Program-made: the position numbers and the translations under genes
From: Leptogorgia sarmentosa
Taxonomy: Eukaryota
Assembly: GCA_964658305.1 (NCBI GenBank)
Contig: OZ210884.1
Location: 1,054,001 to 1,118,000 of the forward strand
Length of the DNA stretch: 64,000 nt
Direction of reading: 5' to 3'
Notes under the pieces: model-generated
Told to the model about the DNA's origin: nothing
Seen by the model: only the letters and a program-made list of their open reading frames with translations
Databases searched by the model: none
Shown: in pieces, positions 1 to 14,500 of the stretch
Layout: each line of letters begins with the position of its first letter
Numbering within the stretch: the stretch's first letter is position 1

Positions 1-469
1 GAGTTAAAACCAGAAGCAAATCGCAACAAGACAAAACCATTATCATGAAATAACACAATTTCTTTCGGAGTTTCACTGACCACCAAAAACTGATTACGAC
101 CAAGGAATTTGAACAAATTCCTGAGGAAAAGAACAACACGTTCAAAACAAAGATGAATAATAGGTTGATGAAATGACTGAGCTCCATACTTATCACTTAT
201 GCGCCATAATGACGTCGGAATGATTGAACACAACATACAGTTATAGAGCAGATGATCATAATTTAAGTTATAGGTAGCACTTCAGGATAACGAACAAGAG
301 CAGCAACCAGTGGCGGCGCCAGGGGGGGGGGCAAGGGGGGGCAAATGCCCCCCCCCCCCCCAAATTATTTTCTGCCCCCCATTTTGCCCCCCTAAATTAT
401 TAGTGACTGAGAGCGACTAAAGGCTACACAAGCCTGCATCCATGCGACCAAGTCGGATCTAAATTTGCG

Positions 470-754
470 GAATTTTTAAATCCTTTAAACTTAGCATTTT
501 CGGAACTCTGTAAAGCTGTCAAAATTGCTATGACCCTTCCGGTTAGTACTGCGGGATGGGAAAGAACATTTAGCAAATTAAAAATAATCAAAAACCATTT
601 AAGAACCAGAATGTCCAACTCTAGGTTAATATTCTTAACAGTAATCAGCATTTACAGAAAAAGACCACTAAGTATTGATTTGGAAAAGGTTGTGGATAGG
701 TTTATTCAAAAGTTTCCGAGGTGCCGAATTATACACTTGTCTAAATGGCATTAA
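470..754 (+). pseudogene. hAT transposase C-terminal dimerisation-domain remnant
   Basis: TLPVSTAGWERTFSKLKIIKNHLRTRMSNSRL resembles the hATC consensus P-x-S/T-x-x-x-ER-x-FS-x-L-x-x-IK-x-x-LR. Confidence 0.8.
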
Positions 755-1023
755 AATTTGTTATACACTATAGCCGTAAAAGTGTATTTAAAAATGTTAA
801 GTTTACATTATGTTTGTTCACATTGTTGACTAATAACTGTAACGAAGTTGATATCTGTTAAAATAATAAAAATTATGCATAAAAGAACGATTATTTTGTG
901 TCATCATACATATTTAATAACGGCATGGGCAAATAACAGTACCATTAAAAATTCTATTTTGCCCCCCCAAAATATGACTTTGCCCCTCAAATGCCCCCCC
1001 AAATTCTGAGGCCTGGCGCCGCT

Positions 1024-1867
1024 GCAATTTTCCGTTTCGTAAACCGCCAGGGTCACCAGTTACAATCAGTGTCACCACTTTTAACATACGTCACATCCGG
1101 CTTTAAATTTAGTAATACATGAAGTCAATTTATTCTTATAAATTAAACTAAACCCAAACGCTAAAGCTAAGCCTAACCTTATAACAGTCTAACTCTAAAC
1201 ACTAAAAGCAGTTTAGAGTTTTAAAAAAATAGGCACGCACGATGCGTGCATGCGTCTACGTTGATGCCTTGCATTTGAAATTTGCCGCATTCATGATCAG
1301 TATAATACAAATATAATACAAGTATAATCCCACGAAATCAGCTGCAAGTAAGGATGATTAGCACACATCACTTACACATATCACTTACTAAATAGTAAAT
1401 GAAAACCCCGTTTAGAAATCGCTTTACAGAAGCATGGAAATTAGTCCTTCGAATGAACGCACACTTGCGAACCACGCCACAGTAAATCGCATACGTCACG
1501 AGTTAATTTGCTGAAAGTTCGATACATCATTGGTAAAGATAACAACGTTTGCGTGTTAGTGTTTAGCTTGAGAGCTCGTGACGTCAAAATACGTCATATT
1601 AGTTGTTGAAACATAGCCAACCAGAAATTTTACGCTTACATAGTCTCTACGTAGCTCCACTTTAGCTACGTCGAGTACAGCACGCATACCAAACACGCTA
1701 GCAGTTTGCTCGCTAAAAATCGGCTAAAGAGCGGTTATTTATAAGAATAAATGGACTTCATGTATTACTAAGTTTTTTATCCGGCTTTAGCCGGATGTGA
1801 CGTATGTTAAAAGTGGTGACACTGATTGTAACTGGTGACCCTGGCGGTTTACGAAACGGAAAATTGC
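1024..1867. mobile_element. MITE with ~80-bp TIRs inserted in the right TIR of the hAT element
   Basis: GCAATTTTCCGTTTCGTAAACCGCCAGGGTCACC...ACATCCGGCT at the left end and its reverse complement at ~1789-1867; GGCGCCGC is duplicated at 1015-1022 and 1868-1875. Confidence 0.85.
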
Positions 1868-3635
1868 GGCGCCGCCACTGGCAGCAACGATAATCTCACT
1901 GCCTAAACGAAAAAACAGATTCGACGTTTCGACCTAATAAACCTACTAATTCCCGACGAAGGCCCTTCGATCGAAACGTCGAATCTGTTTTATCGTTTAG
2001 GTAGTGAGATTATTCTTCCTGCTCTTGTTCATAATAATGAACTCGTTCCCTGTATCATTTGCAACAGAGTTAGAAAGTAGAACGTCCCCAAAATTAAATC
2101 TAAGCATACATATGCATGCGCCAAAAAGAATGTGATCCAAATTAATTTTCTGACGATTTCAAGATTTCGTTAGAGGCTCGACTCGAAATACATGTAGGGC
2201 TGTTTTTGTGCTTCGATTCAAGGCCCAGGTGTTTACTCGAAGTCGATAACACAGAATATGGCACCCGAGACACCGGCCTTCAAAGTATGTATCTAACAAA
2301 GATCGATACTTACAAATTTAATATATCATTTTTATTCCTTGCGCTATGATTATCATAAAAAGAAGTATTAAGCATTTTCCGTGTTAACATGTATGTATAG
2401 TTATGCCAACACTTGAGGAAATTGGAGAAACTGGAAATTGCGTGAAAAACTGCGCTCTTCATAATTCCTAAATATAAACACCCGCCCCAAAAAGAAAGTT
2501 CCCCTCGAAATTGATCGGCTTGCACAAGTGCTCACCACTCTTCTCACACAAGCATTGTTTATTGTTTGTCTATTGCATAATTGAAATTTGGCAGGAAATT
2601 TCGAGCACATATCATAGACTCACTTCTTGACGGAATGTATTAAAATTTGTCGTTCTTAACTTCTAAAACATTATTTTTGGGTTGAATAATTACCTCCATG
2701 AGCACCCCAGTAGCTATTGCCCTATTTCGCTTGATATTCTGGGCATGATTTAAAACGCTTCACCCGATTTCTGTACAATTTTGGGTTTACCAACGAATGG
2801 TGAATGAGACTGATCACATTCAACATTTTAATTCTGCAATTGGGTATTTTTGTATTCAATGTCATTCTTTCAAGCATGTGTGAACATATCCTTCACACGC
2901 CAGTTCTATTATTTATTATTAGTTCTCGGAACTTATTCTGCTTTATTTCTGAGGTCCATCACCGATTTCGTCTTGTGTTAATTTGCTAAACGTGTCTAAC
3001 ATGAAAGCTTACTCTTTTATACAATAAGGGATTAACAATGAAAATCAAAAGTTTCTTGTGAATTCTCGCACAGGGATGCATTTTCCCAGTATTGTAGAGT
3101 GCTGGTTGTGTATAAAGTGCACTAATTTCTCAATTTCTTTAAAGCTTATGTTACACCGAATAATTTTGAACGACAATTCGCACCGCAACGAGATGCCAAG
3201 CCAATCAGATTTCATACAACTTCATTTGCATTGCGAATTGTCGTTGAAAATTGGCCAGTGTAACATCAGGTTGAATGCGTGGACATGATACTATACACCA
3301 TATTCTGTGTTGTCAGGTTGTATTCTTTTTACCAATATGTGCATACTGGAAATGATTATAATTTATAAATGATTACAAACATTTAAATTAATGAAGATTA
3401 CGATTTATTGTCTTTTTCAAATACATCAAGATGCATGCTAGTTTAAGGAAGTTGATATGAAGATGATATGCTCGTAGCCATTCTTTTAAAGCAAAAGTTC
3501 TTTTTCTAATGACTATAAACAAGAAAAGAGATTGATTTTGTAAATAATGAGCAAGATTAATATTTCGAGGACTTATAATGTGTGGGTATACACTGAAACT
3601 CCATGCCAGTATAGATGCATGTATAAATATTGTTG

Positions 3636-3963
3636 TTATATAGCAATGACGTAATGGTAATTGTGATTGGCTATTTTGCGGTCACATGACCCTAATTAAA
3701 TGCAATGTTGCTCGGGGGGCTATATGTAAACAACAATTGTTGCCCTCCCGAAAACAAAATGGCGGCTTTTAACTTGCAAGTTTATAAATGTTTAAAATTT
3801 TCTAAAGACAGCAGAATCTAAAAGAGTCGAAAAATACACAGCAGGCGACATAAAATGCTGTAGAAATCCTCTAGGGAAGATTTTAAATTTTAAATTGTTC
3901 ACCTTGGATTGTTTTTGTATGAATATTTTTCTATTTTTATTTCGTGGCCATGGCTATATATAA
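3636..3963. mobile_element. Small TATATAG...CTATATA-bounded non-coding element (putative YR-mobilised, Crypton-like)
   Basis: Ends TTATATAGCAATGAC and GGCCATGGCTATATA; subterminal TGATTGG...GGTCACATGA motif. Confidence 0.5.
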
Positions 3964-4166
3964 CAAAACATTTAATGTTTGTTCTCTCGGGAATAGTTAG
4001 CCTTGCATCGCAGAATACTTGAAATGTACCAAATATATGGACTAAAATATACAGGAATCTTGCATGAGGAGGTGCTAAACTCAGTCTTTTATCCAAAATC
4101 CATTATAAATATTATGTTACAGTTTAATACACATGAATGGCAGATTAATAAACTTACCTCGTTCAC

Positions 4167-7100
4167 CTAAAATAGAGGCAAGGTGATTACTTTGGAAATA
4201 ATACTTGGTCCTTGATATCGTCGCCGTTGAACCTATATTTGAAAAAGTTATAAACTTAACAGCCGCATTGAAGCATATAGAAGGAAGTGATATAGCTAAC
4301 TCCTTAATTGAACCTACTTTTTATTCTGACTACAATTATCACTTATTTACTGAGACCGAGGGAAACATTGTGTTTTGTGGCCCCGAGACCGCCGTTGTAG
4401 GCCGAGGCGAAGTGTTTTGTTATATAGTTTAGTGTCAAAATATGAATGAATTCACCGGTTTAATACTGGAGTGAACTTTGAAACCAAAAAACAGACATTA
4501 AATGGGACGCTTTACGCCATCAAAATATCGTACAAAAATTTCAAAACATCGTGCGATTGAATGAACTTTGGACTTTACGGTTGACGCGCATGCGTAATGT
4601 GCCCATTTAATTGTTGCCCGGTCAATAATTTTTTGATTTTTGACCGGTTGGCGAACATGACGTTTTGTGGACCGGCACGTGATACGGTTTTGTCCAATCA
4701 GCAAACAGGAAAATTGAACTTTGACACCAACTATATAACAATATACTTTTGGCCTGACTTCACAAGGAAAAGGTTAAGTTGGAAAATTTATTTACTAGTT
4801 TATATACCTTACATGCACCATCATCTATACAAATATCTCATCTGTAGTTACATATATCATATGAACAGGTTAATCACCTTAATGGACGTAAATATTGTCC
4901 ATTTATATTATCATTTGGGGATTTAAAGAACACTTTAACATGGGGCAGTCTCATCAATCATAATCAAAGCCAATTAAAGCAAATCGTTATAAACAATTTT
5001 CAAACTAAACTTTGTAATGCTCATTGAAAGAAATAAAGCAGGACTATAGAAAAAATTAGTGTGATAGTTCTATAGAATCAAACAGGCCTGGAATTAACTA
5101 TATTGCGCGTAGTAAATCGCTTATTCGTACATTTGTACTCAGCATACGCATATAAATTTCTTTTATGATCGATTGCTCTTAACGTGCGTGAAGGCGAATA
5201 TACGACTATGCCCCCTTAATTATGCAGGGTGTCGCAAAAATAAGGAAACACTGGAAAATATTTATGTAGTCATTAAAAATGAAATCTCTTTCTGTCTTAC
5301 AGTACTTTTATCCGGTTTTGCTTTTACTTATACTGTACACAAAATATGAAATCCCAGAGGCACAGAAATATCAAGGTTGCCAATCTAAGGTGAATAATAA
5401 TTACATTAATGTGGATTAAATTTCATCGGATGCCTACAGTTCCGGTTTTTTTGGACACTCTGTAGATCTGACTACGCCACATTAACAAGTTGCTGAAGCA
5501 GCGGATACTGACAAAGCTGAATGTTCTTGTTTGTGCATTCTATCAAATTTGAACGATAAGTTTTGCGCTAACAAAATCGAGAAATTGAGCCTAATTTGCA
5601 TGCATATATTAAGTTATAAGTCATTGTTCTATATTTAGCGATACCTGTGTGACCGCATCTAGCTTCCCGTGTCCTGACCAACCAAGGAGTGCGTACGACG
5701 ACCGCAACTTCTTCCTAATTTGATTGTGTGCGCCAAATCTTCTTAAAGCGTTGTAAGCCAGATTAGACATTCTATAGGACCCTTCATCTTGGATGGCAAC
5801 TAACACCAGCTTTCTACAACGTATTTGCACATATTTATGTATCATATCTTGTTTAATAATGCAAATGCACGTTTTCGTTTTTGTTCCTCGTCAATCTCCT
5901 GCCACCCTCCCACCATCAGTGGCGGAAATTCAGGTAGGGCGAAGGGGCGACCGCCCCCCATCCCCCACCGTCGGTAAAATAGGCAATTTGTCGGAAATTT
6001 TCGGTTCTGTCGGGAATTTGAAAGGAATTGAATATACAGAAATTAGTAGAAAAAGTTACTGGAGGGAGCGTGAGGCAATTCATACGTAGACCTGATTATC
6101 TTTAAGCTATTTTCTAGTTATATGCTCGCTGTTGTCATAGTCATATGTTCCCTATTCCCTAATCGATCTTTGAAGACCGGTAAATGACAAAATTTGTGGA
6201 ATTTTGTGGAAAATAAAGGAATTTTCTGAAATAAAGGAATAAAGAAATAAAGGAAGAGCGGAAGAAAGAACCTATTTGTCTAATTGTCTGATATGTTGTG
6301 TTTGTAAATTTATTTTTGCCATTTCCCTACTTGTCCATGATGTTTATCAAAAAAGAAAAAAGTATGAACAATTAAAGCAAATTTGTCGGATATTCGCGAA
6401 GCTTCCCCCCCCCCCCCTGAACTGAATTTCCGCATTTCCGCCACTGCCCACCATTTCCAATCTTCTACTGAGATTAAAAATGGTGTTTGTTGCATGTGAT
6501 TTGGGGCTATAGCGTAATTCCTCGGCAATAGTACTTCAATATATTTTTACGTAATATAATAAATTAAATAATTATTATGTTACAATAATACAGTATCTGA
6601 GAAGAAAAGGTTTTGACAAATTTTAATTATATCTCCCAGCATTATTTCCCAGTACTTATCATATAATAAAAACGACGTATGTATAAGTCATATGAAGTGG
6701 GTATAGAAATACGCAATATTGGTGTTTGATGTGCAATTTCCAGCTGCAGTGACGAGGAGTAGGTTAAAGAGATTGCTGAAAACAAGAAAATGCTTCAAAA
6801 TGGCATCCGTGAGTGTGTCTTACTCTTACCCTGGCCCTATTTTCTTCAAATGATAAATCAAGCCGTGTTGGGCATGAGGTAGTCCATAAGTATCGAATGA
6901 CGTGCTGGATTCAACCCATCCTAAACCAGAAGATTATAATTATATAATATATCGAAATGTGTCAGTGCAGCTGTATCTCTTTTTGATGATAATTATAAGT
7001 AACAGAGTATCGACTAAATCCTGTAACTATGAATTATGAAGAGCTTACGAATGAAGGTTTCTATATACGCCACCTATGGTTCCAACTTCCGGGACGAAAC

Positions 7101-9327
7101 AGGGCAACTCAACATTTCTGGTTTTCTACTTTAGAAGTAAAACATTCCCTAATATATAATATACAGTTCTAACTGTGTTTTTTTTAAGATTTTAGTGACA
7201 TCCTTCAGTTTTAATTTTTACTAAAGATTGTTCATATTTTCTTGCTAACTTATTAGCTTCACCCTTCTTCTTGATGCGTTTTTACTATCCCTTGAAAAAA
7301 CGACGACAGGCGCGTATTTATCTGAGATTTTGCGTTAATGTTTCTACATTTCCACATTACATGAATACATGAATACATGAATACATGAATACATGAATAC
7401 ATGAATACATGAATACATGAATACATGAATACATGAATACATGAATACATGAATACATGAATACATGAATACATGAATACATGAATACATGAATACATGA
7501 ATACATGAATACATGAATACATGAATACATGAATACATGAATACATGAATACATGAATACATGAATACATGAATACATGAATACATGAATACATGAATAC
7601 ATGAATACGTCATGAATACATGAATACATGAATACATGAATACATGAATACATGAATACATGAATACATGAAACATGAATACATGAATACATGAATACAT
7701 GAATACATGAATACATGAATACATGAATACATGAATACATGAATACATGAATACATGAATACATGAATACATGAATACATGAATACATGAATACATGAAT
7801 ACATGAATACATGAATACATGAATACATGAATACATGAATACATGAATACATGAATACATGAATACATGAATACATGAATACATGAATACATGAATACAT
7901 GAATACATGAATACATGAATACATGAATACATGAATACATGAATACATGAATACATGAATACATGAATACATGAATACATGAATACATGAATACATGAAT
8001 ACATGAATACATGAATACATGAATACATGAATACATGAATACATGAATACATGAATACATGAATACATGAATACATGAATACATGAATACATGAATACAT
8101 GAATACATGAATACATGAATACATGAATACATGAATACATGAATACATGAATACATGAATACATGAATACATGAATACATGAATACATGAATACATGAAT
8201 ACATGAATACATGAATACATGAATACATGAATACATGAATACATGAATACATGAATACATGAATACATGAATACATGAATACATGAATACATGAATACAT
8301 GAATACATGAATACATGAATACATGAATACATGAATACATGAATACATGAATACATGAATACATGAATACATGAATACATGAATACATGAATACATGAAT
8401 ACATGAATACCTGTCCTTCCATTGACAACAACAACATTGTAACCACGTCTGTGCTTGGAGTAGTCTTTACCGTTGACTCTAATAGTTGCATGGCCACATC
8501 CTGAAATACCTGGGTCATTACAGCCTTCACTTTTTATGTAAATTTGAAGGATCTTGCTTGCTACAAAATTATGTGAATAAAGCCTCAAGTCAGACATTTA
8601 GCAAAGTTATTAATTTCTATATTCATGCATTCCTTATATGTGTCCCGGTATAGTTTTGAACTCAGCCGTATTCAAAACTTTTTAAAAATACAGCTTTCGC
8701 TCTCAGTATTTTTTCGGCAATTTTTGAAAGTCGTTATAAGAATTTGCATTGTATAGATTAGTACAACTAATCAATATCTAGTGACTTTGTCATTAAAAAT
8801 AAGTCGACTTGTATGTAGGTTCTAACAATGAAATGAGTGCAGGAAATCTGCTAGACCAACTGATGACGGCTTAATGTTTGTAGCTCACTTTTATGAAATG
8901 ACAATTTTTTAGGAAAATGCCTGAGAGCAATAAGCTTTGATGTTAGGTAAGAAATCGTCGCCAACTGATTCATTACGCTCTCTTTACACGCCTTATCCTC
9001 CTGAAAATAGAACGGTTCTGATGCCAAAATTGTTAAGATGGCATAATTGAAACAAAACCAAAATCAAAGCACATGTAGAAAACCGTAGAAAAGTTTTCAA
9101 ATTCGAATTTATAGATTCGAAGTAGTTAACCTGGGAGTAAAAGCAAAGGCTTTTGACCAACTGTATGTAGAGTACTCATTTCACAGTAGAAGAAAACAAC
9201 GGTACACAATTGTGTTCTACTTTAACTTTAATGTCTACTCGATTTTAAAAATCGTACCTGCTTGTCCTTGATAAACAAAACAAGCCAAGAATGCAAAAGG
9301 CAAGAGGAGATTCAAAGTGATTTTCAT
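4167..9327 (-). CDS. Secreted ILEI/PANDER (FAM3-like) domain protein, 181 aa; exons 9258-9327, 8411-8560, 6830-6920, 5645-5813, 4167-4232
   Basis: All introns GT-AG with matching phases (546 nt, no internal stop). Signal peptide MKITLNLLLPFAFLACFVYQGQA; ILEI motifs RGYNVVVVN, SFDTY, LVLVAIQDEGS, RSSYALLG. Confidence 0.88.
4420..4738. mobile_element. Small TATATAG...CTATATA-bounded non-coding element
   Basis: TTATATAGTTTAGTGTCAAA and TTTGACACCAACTATATAA form an imperfect inverted pair; subterminal CCAATCA. Confidence 0.5.
5917..6446. mobile_element. hAT-type MITE in an intron of the ILEI gene
   Basis: TIRs CAGTGGCGGAAAT and ATTTCCGCCACTG; exact 8-bp TSD CCCACCAT. Confidence 0.85.
7358..8410. 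repeat. 8-bp tandem array (ACATGAAT)n, ~130 copies, intronic
   Basis: Directly visible, with only two small interruptions near 7610 and 7671. Confidence 0.98.
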
Positions 9328-11523
9328 GCTGTAAAAATGAATTAAATAGAGGCAATAAAAACTTTAACAATAATTATAAAAGAAAGGGGCATTTTCATGG
9401 CAGAATGGTAAATGCGCAGTCACAAAAGTTTTAACGCTCAACTGAATCGTCAAAACATATTCTTTAATTATTTTTTGCACCAAATAATAAAATGCAAACA
9501 GAAAATCCCAATGACGTCAAATACGCCACGATTTTGAGCACACTTATCAGTTGAGAGCAAAGTCTGGAGATACAGTGTGTTGTATAGTTTTGTGTCTACT
9601 ATAGTTGCCTGTTTTCTTGAATCGAGCTTTACTTTTCAGCGGTGTCTTGCATTTGATATTACTTGTTGTTTGTTATAATTAAGGGATTTTTTGATATAAT
9701 TGGAAGGTTGAGTAGAAATAACTTAATTATAATGACTGTGTACATGTTTCCTCTTATAACTTATTTACTCTTGGTGTAATAATTTGTTGCAATTGTTACT
9801 AGAATAAACCCTCGCAAACACCGCTGTCAAACGTTTGCGCATGCGCAAAGTATTGGGAAAGCGCGGTAAAAATAAAGGCAACTTGTATCGTATACAAAGG
9901 AGAGCAGCCTGTGAAAAAACAGAAATTATAACAAAACGCCTGGAAATATACGGTAGATGTCTTCCTTGTATTGAAAGAATGTGTTTGTGTGTTTACCAAC
10001 TCGTAATTTTGATTATAGCTACGTATACCCTTTTTTCTATAGAGCTTCATGAAATAGGTCAATACCGCAATAAAAATAATACTATTATAAGAAGTCCAAA
10101 TTGATTATTATTGACATTTAATTTCCAGTAAAATGACAGAACTAAGGTGCAATCATCATTAAGGTTGGGTTTGGCATAGAGAATATTGCTCAACATTTTC
10201 TTAAAATACCAATATGCATCCGAGGGACCATGTGATGCTAAATAATGAGTGCATGCATATTATATGAAGAGTTCTGGTGCACATTAATAAGGCCTTCGAT
10301 TCACAAAAACAAGATCCCTGAACAAATTTAAAATGCATGATTAGGAATGGGTATGAAGTTGATAAGGGCGGAAACGACCATCCTTGAAAGCCGAGCTCGA
10401 GTACGTAAAGAGAGTTTGTTTGCAAAAGCTATTCTTTTACATGTGCAAAAACCGCACCTCTTGCGCGCACAAGACGGAAATATGATTTACAACGGTTAAC
10501 TCCTCGTACACGGAGTTCTCCATGTTGGAGGTATCTGTATTGATAAATTAATGATAAGGTGTTATCGTGCATGCTTTTGCTGAATGAAGGAAATAATGAG
10601 CAATGAACCGATTGTTAAACTCTGTTTCAGGAAGGAGGCAACATATAAACAATTAGAGATTACGAGCCCGAGATTTCTATAAATTGATAATTGATCAAGT
10701 AATATTACGTTGAAATAGAGCCAGCCAGAAGACATTTTCTTTGACAAATGCACTTGGCAGCTTTCTATCTAGAGCAACATAGCGACTACAGTTGCCAATC
10801 AAATACCATGCAGCATTTGCAATAGAGTACTAGTATGATTGTACAAATAACGGTTACTAGATTATGTTGCTATTAACGTTTGAACGGGAAAGTAGTAGTC
10901 AATTCAGGATGTTGGAGACTGGCAATGGGCAGGGTTTGGATAACAAAATTTTACGGAATGATTCAGCTGCCTGCTGTGTATAGCAATCATTACATGCACT
11001 TAAAAATTAGGTCAATTCGTCAAAAAAAATCTCCAAGTATTCGTGCAAGCGCCAGTGAGAGGAATCACCAAAAGAAAAAAATCCGCTTTGGAAATGACAA
11101 TTAAAGTTGTAGATAAGATAACATTAATGTTGTCGTATATTTTAAACGAAATGTATACTGACCTGAAAGATATCCAAAAAGATGCTGGAGAATAAATTCT
11201 GGTGCCGCGTTCTGGTACAAGTTGTGTGAACTTATGAACCTATGTTTCTTATCTTCAGTTATTAAATGCACGAATCCGACCTTGATCGATCTAACTTGCA
11301 TGCGAAGTGACATGAGATTTTTTGTTTAGTTTGAGAACAGGATTTCCTTGCCTCTTCAACTGGCGCGCCAAAAGTGACAAAAAATCTATATTACACGAGA
11401 AACCTTTAAACTTTTATTAATTACATTATTTTCAAAAATCCATGTTGCTCTAGAAAATGAATAAATTTTTGCAAACTTGTCTCCAGCTTCAGCTTTTTTA
11501 GAATTGTAATGCAAGCGAATACC

Positions 11524-14500
11524 TGAAAAGATCCCATTAGCTGGTAGCTAATTAGCCGTTAGCTGGTAAATATCCAGTTAATGTGTATATACCATCTTTT
11601 TGATACGCCCTTTTCGACACCATTACTATAAAATTCTCAATGTAATTTTCTAGGGATAAGTAACATTTTTATTTTACAAGAAAATGATAATACTACAAAT
11701 GCTTTGAGGGAAGTGTGTATACGTTATAACGTTTTTAAAAAGTCTTTGTATAATAACCCAGGAAGAGAAACAAAGTACTTGATATTGGTGTCGAGTAGTT
11801 GCGTAAAATTAGTATACTCTAATTGTTAATACTCATTGACATGATATTATAGCCTTCAATTTTCTCAACTTGCCCATGCAACGATTATTTTAAAAGTCGT
11901 GTCATGATCGAAAGTGTATACCAAGATTACAAGCTAGCCAAGCAAATTAAATAATTTCCTTTTTTGTCCACACATTTACCAAACACTCGCGCAACTGGAA
12001 TTAATAAATTTCCCAACTGTTTCTCCAAAAGTATTTATATGATAATTCACAAAGAGAAAAACCAAAAAATGTCGACAACAGGAAATAACGTTAACGTTGT
12101 TTGTTATGCAAGGAAATTGTATAGCTAACTTTTGTTCTTCACAAAGTTCTAACTTGCTCTAGTTCTTGCAAATTCTTGATCACTCTTCAAAACTTCTTCG
12201 TGTAATAATTGAAGAAGAGAAAAAGAAAGTACTTTATATTGGTGTAAAGGAGTTGTGTAAATGAACTTAGTGTATTACTGTTGTTTATTACACGACAATG
12301 ACATCATTTTACCATATATGGGCACAACAGAGTGCAGATACCCAGCCGTATTGCACTCGCCTTATTACACTCTAATATACTGGTTTGAAACCGGTTCGTA
12401 GCGCGCGCTGCACGACAATTTAGGAAAATATAAGTTATTTAATCTAATAACTGTTAAATTGTCAGAAATACAGTTGTGTGTCGTACAGTGTGTCTCGTTT
12501 CTCGCATTTTTCTCGTCCTTCGGGCTCGGAAAAATACTTACGAAAAGTGTAAAATACCAGGCCGTATTGCCTGTCAAACCATTCAAGCTAACCTTGGATT
12601 TTGCACAACCATTACATGAATGGTCATGATACGTACGGGAGTGTGTACCAAAATTACTACCAATGTAATTTCGTTTATTGTGATATGGAAGTGGAAGTGT
12701 ATACCTGAATTGCTAGCAATGCTATTTCGTTTCTCGTTCACATATTGTTTTAAATCAAATCAGTTAAGTTTAATGACATTAGGGTGACATATATTCTGCA
12801 AGTTAAAAAACTGTCAATAAAAACCCCGGTAAAACCCATATTTATGCTATTATTTCCTGATTTTTAAAAAATACACCGAAAAATATATGAATTATTGAAA
12901 AGATCCCATTAGCTGGTAGCTAATTAGTCGTTAGCTGGTATATATCCAGTTAATGTGTATATAATTATATACCATCTACCGCCCTTTTCGACACCATTAC
13001 CATAAAATTCTCAATGTAACTTTCTAGGGATAACATTTTTATTTTACAAGAAAATGATAATACTACAAAAGCTTTGAGGGAAGTGTGTATATGTTATAGC
13101 GTTTTTAAAAAGTCTTTGTATAATAACCCAGGAAGAGAAACAAAGTACTTGATATTGGTGTCGAGTAGTTGCGTAAAATTAGTATACTCTAATTGTTAAT
13201 ACTCATTGACATGATATTATAGCCTTCAATTTTCTCAACTTGCCCATTCAACGATTATTTTAAAAGTCGTGTCATGATCGAAAGTGTATACCAAGATTAC
13301 AAGCTAGCCAAGCAGAATAATTTCCTTTTTTGTCCACACATTTACCAAACACTCGCAACTGGAATTAATCGCAGAAGGAAATTTGCCAACTGTTTCTCCA
13401 AAAGGTCTTTATATGGTAATTCACAAAGAGAAAAACAAAAAAATGTCGACAACAGGAAATAAAGTTAACGTTGTTTGTTATGCAAGGAAATTGTATAGCT
13501 AATTTTTGTTCTTCACAAAGTTCTTGCTCTAGTTCTTGCAAATTCTTGATCACTCTTCAAAACTTCTTTGTGTAATAGTTGAAGAGGAGAAAAAGAAAGT
13601 ACTTTATATTGGTGGAAAGGAGCTGTGTAAATGAACTTAGTGCATTACTGTTGTTTATTATACGACAATAACATCATTTTACCTATATGAGCAAAACAGA
13701 GTGCAGATACCCAGCCGTATTGCACTCGCCTTATTACACTCTAATATACTGGTTTGAAACCGGTTCGTAGCGCGCGCTGCACGACAATTTAGGAAAATAT
13801 AAGTTATTTAATCTAATGAATGTTAAATTGTCAGAAATACAGTTGTGTGTCGTACAGTGTGTCTCGTTTCTCGCATTTTTCCTCGCCCTTCGGGCTCGGA
13901 GAAATACTTACGAAAACTGTAAAATACCAGGCCGTATTGCATGTCAAACCATTCAAGCTAACCTTGGATTTTGCACAACCATTACATGAATGGTCATGAT
14001 ACATACGGGAGTGTATACCAAAATTACTACCAATGTAATTTCGTTTATCGTGATATGGAAGTGGAAGTGTATACCTGAATTGCTAGCAATGCTATTTCGT
14101 TTCTCGTTCACATATTGTTTTAAATCAAATTTAAGTTTAATGACATTAGGGTGACATATATTCTGCAAGTTAAAAAACTGTCAATAAAAACCCCGGTAAA
14201 ACCCATATTTATGCTATTATTTCCTGATTTTTAAAAAATACACCGAAAAATATATGAATTATTGAAAAGATCCCATTAGCTGGTAGCTAATTATTCGTTA
14301 GCTGGTATATATCCAGTTAATGTGTATATAATTATATACCATCTACCGCCCTTTTCGACACCATTACCATAAAATTCTCAATGTAATTTTCTAGGGATAA
14401 CATTTTTATTTTACAAGAAAATGATAATACTACAAATGCTTTGAGGGAAGTGTGTATATGTTAACGTTTTTAAAAAGTCTTTGTATAATAATCCAGGAAG

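Larger units (their letters stand above)
308..1880. mobile_element. Non-autonomous hAT element (deletion derivative) containing a nested insertion
   Basis: TIRs CAGTGGCGGCGCC (308) and GGCGCCGCCACTG (ends 1880); exact 8-bp TSD GCAGCAAC at 300-307 and 1881-1888; internal hAT dimerisation-domain fragment. Confidence 0.9.

Noticed and set aside
7259..8597. Long MYSCIHVF-repeat ORFs
   Set aside because: Artefacts of an 8-bp stop-free satellite inside an intron; only 8411-8560 is exonic
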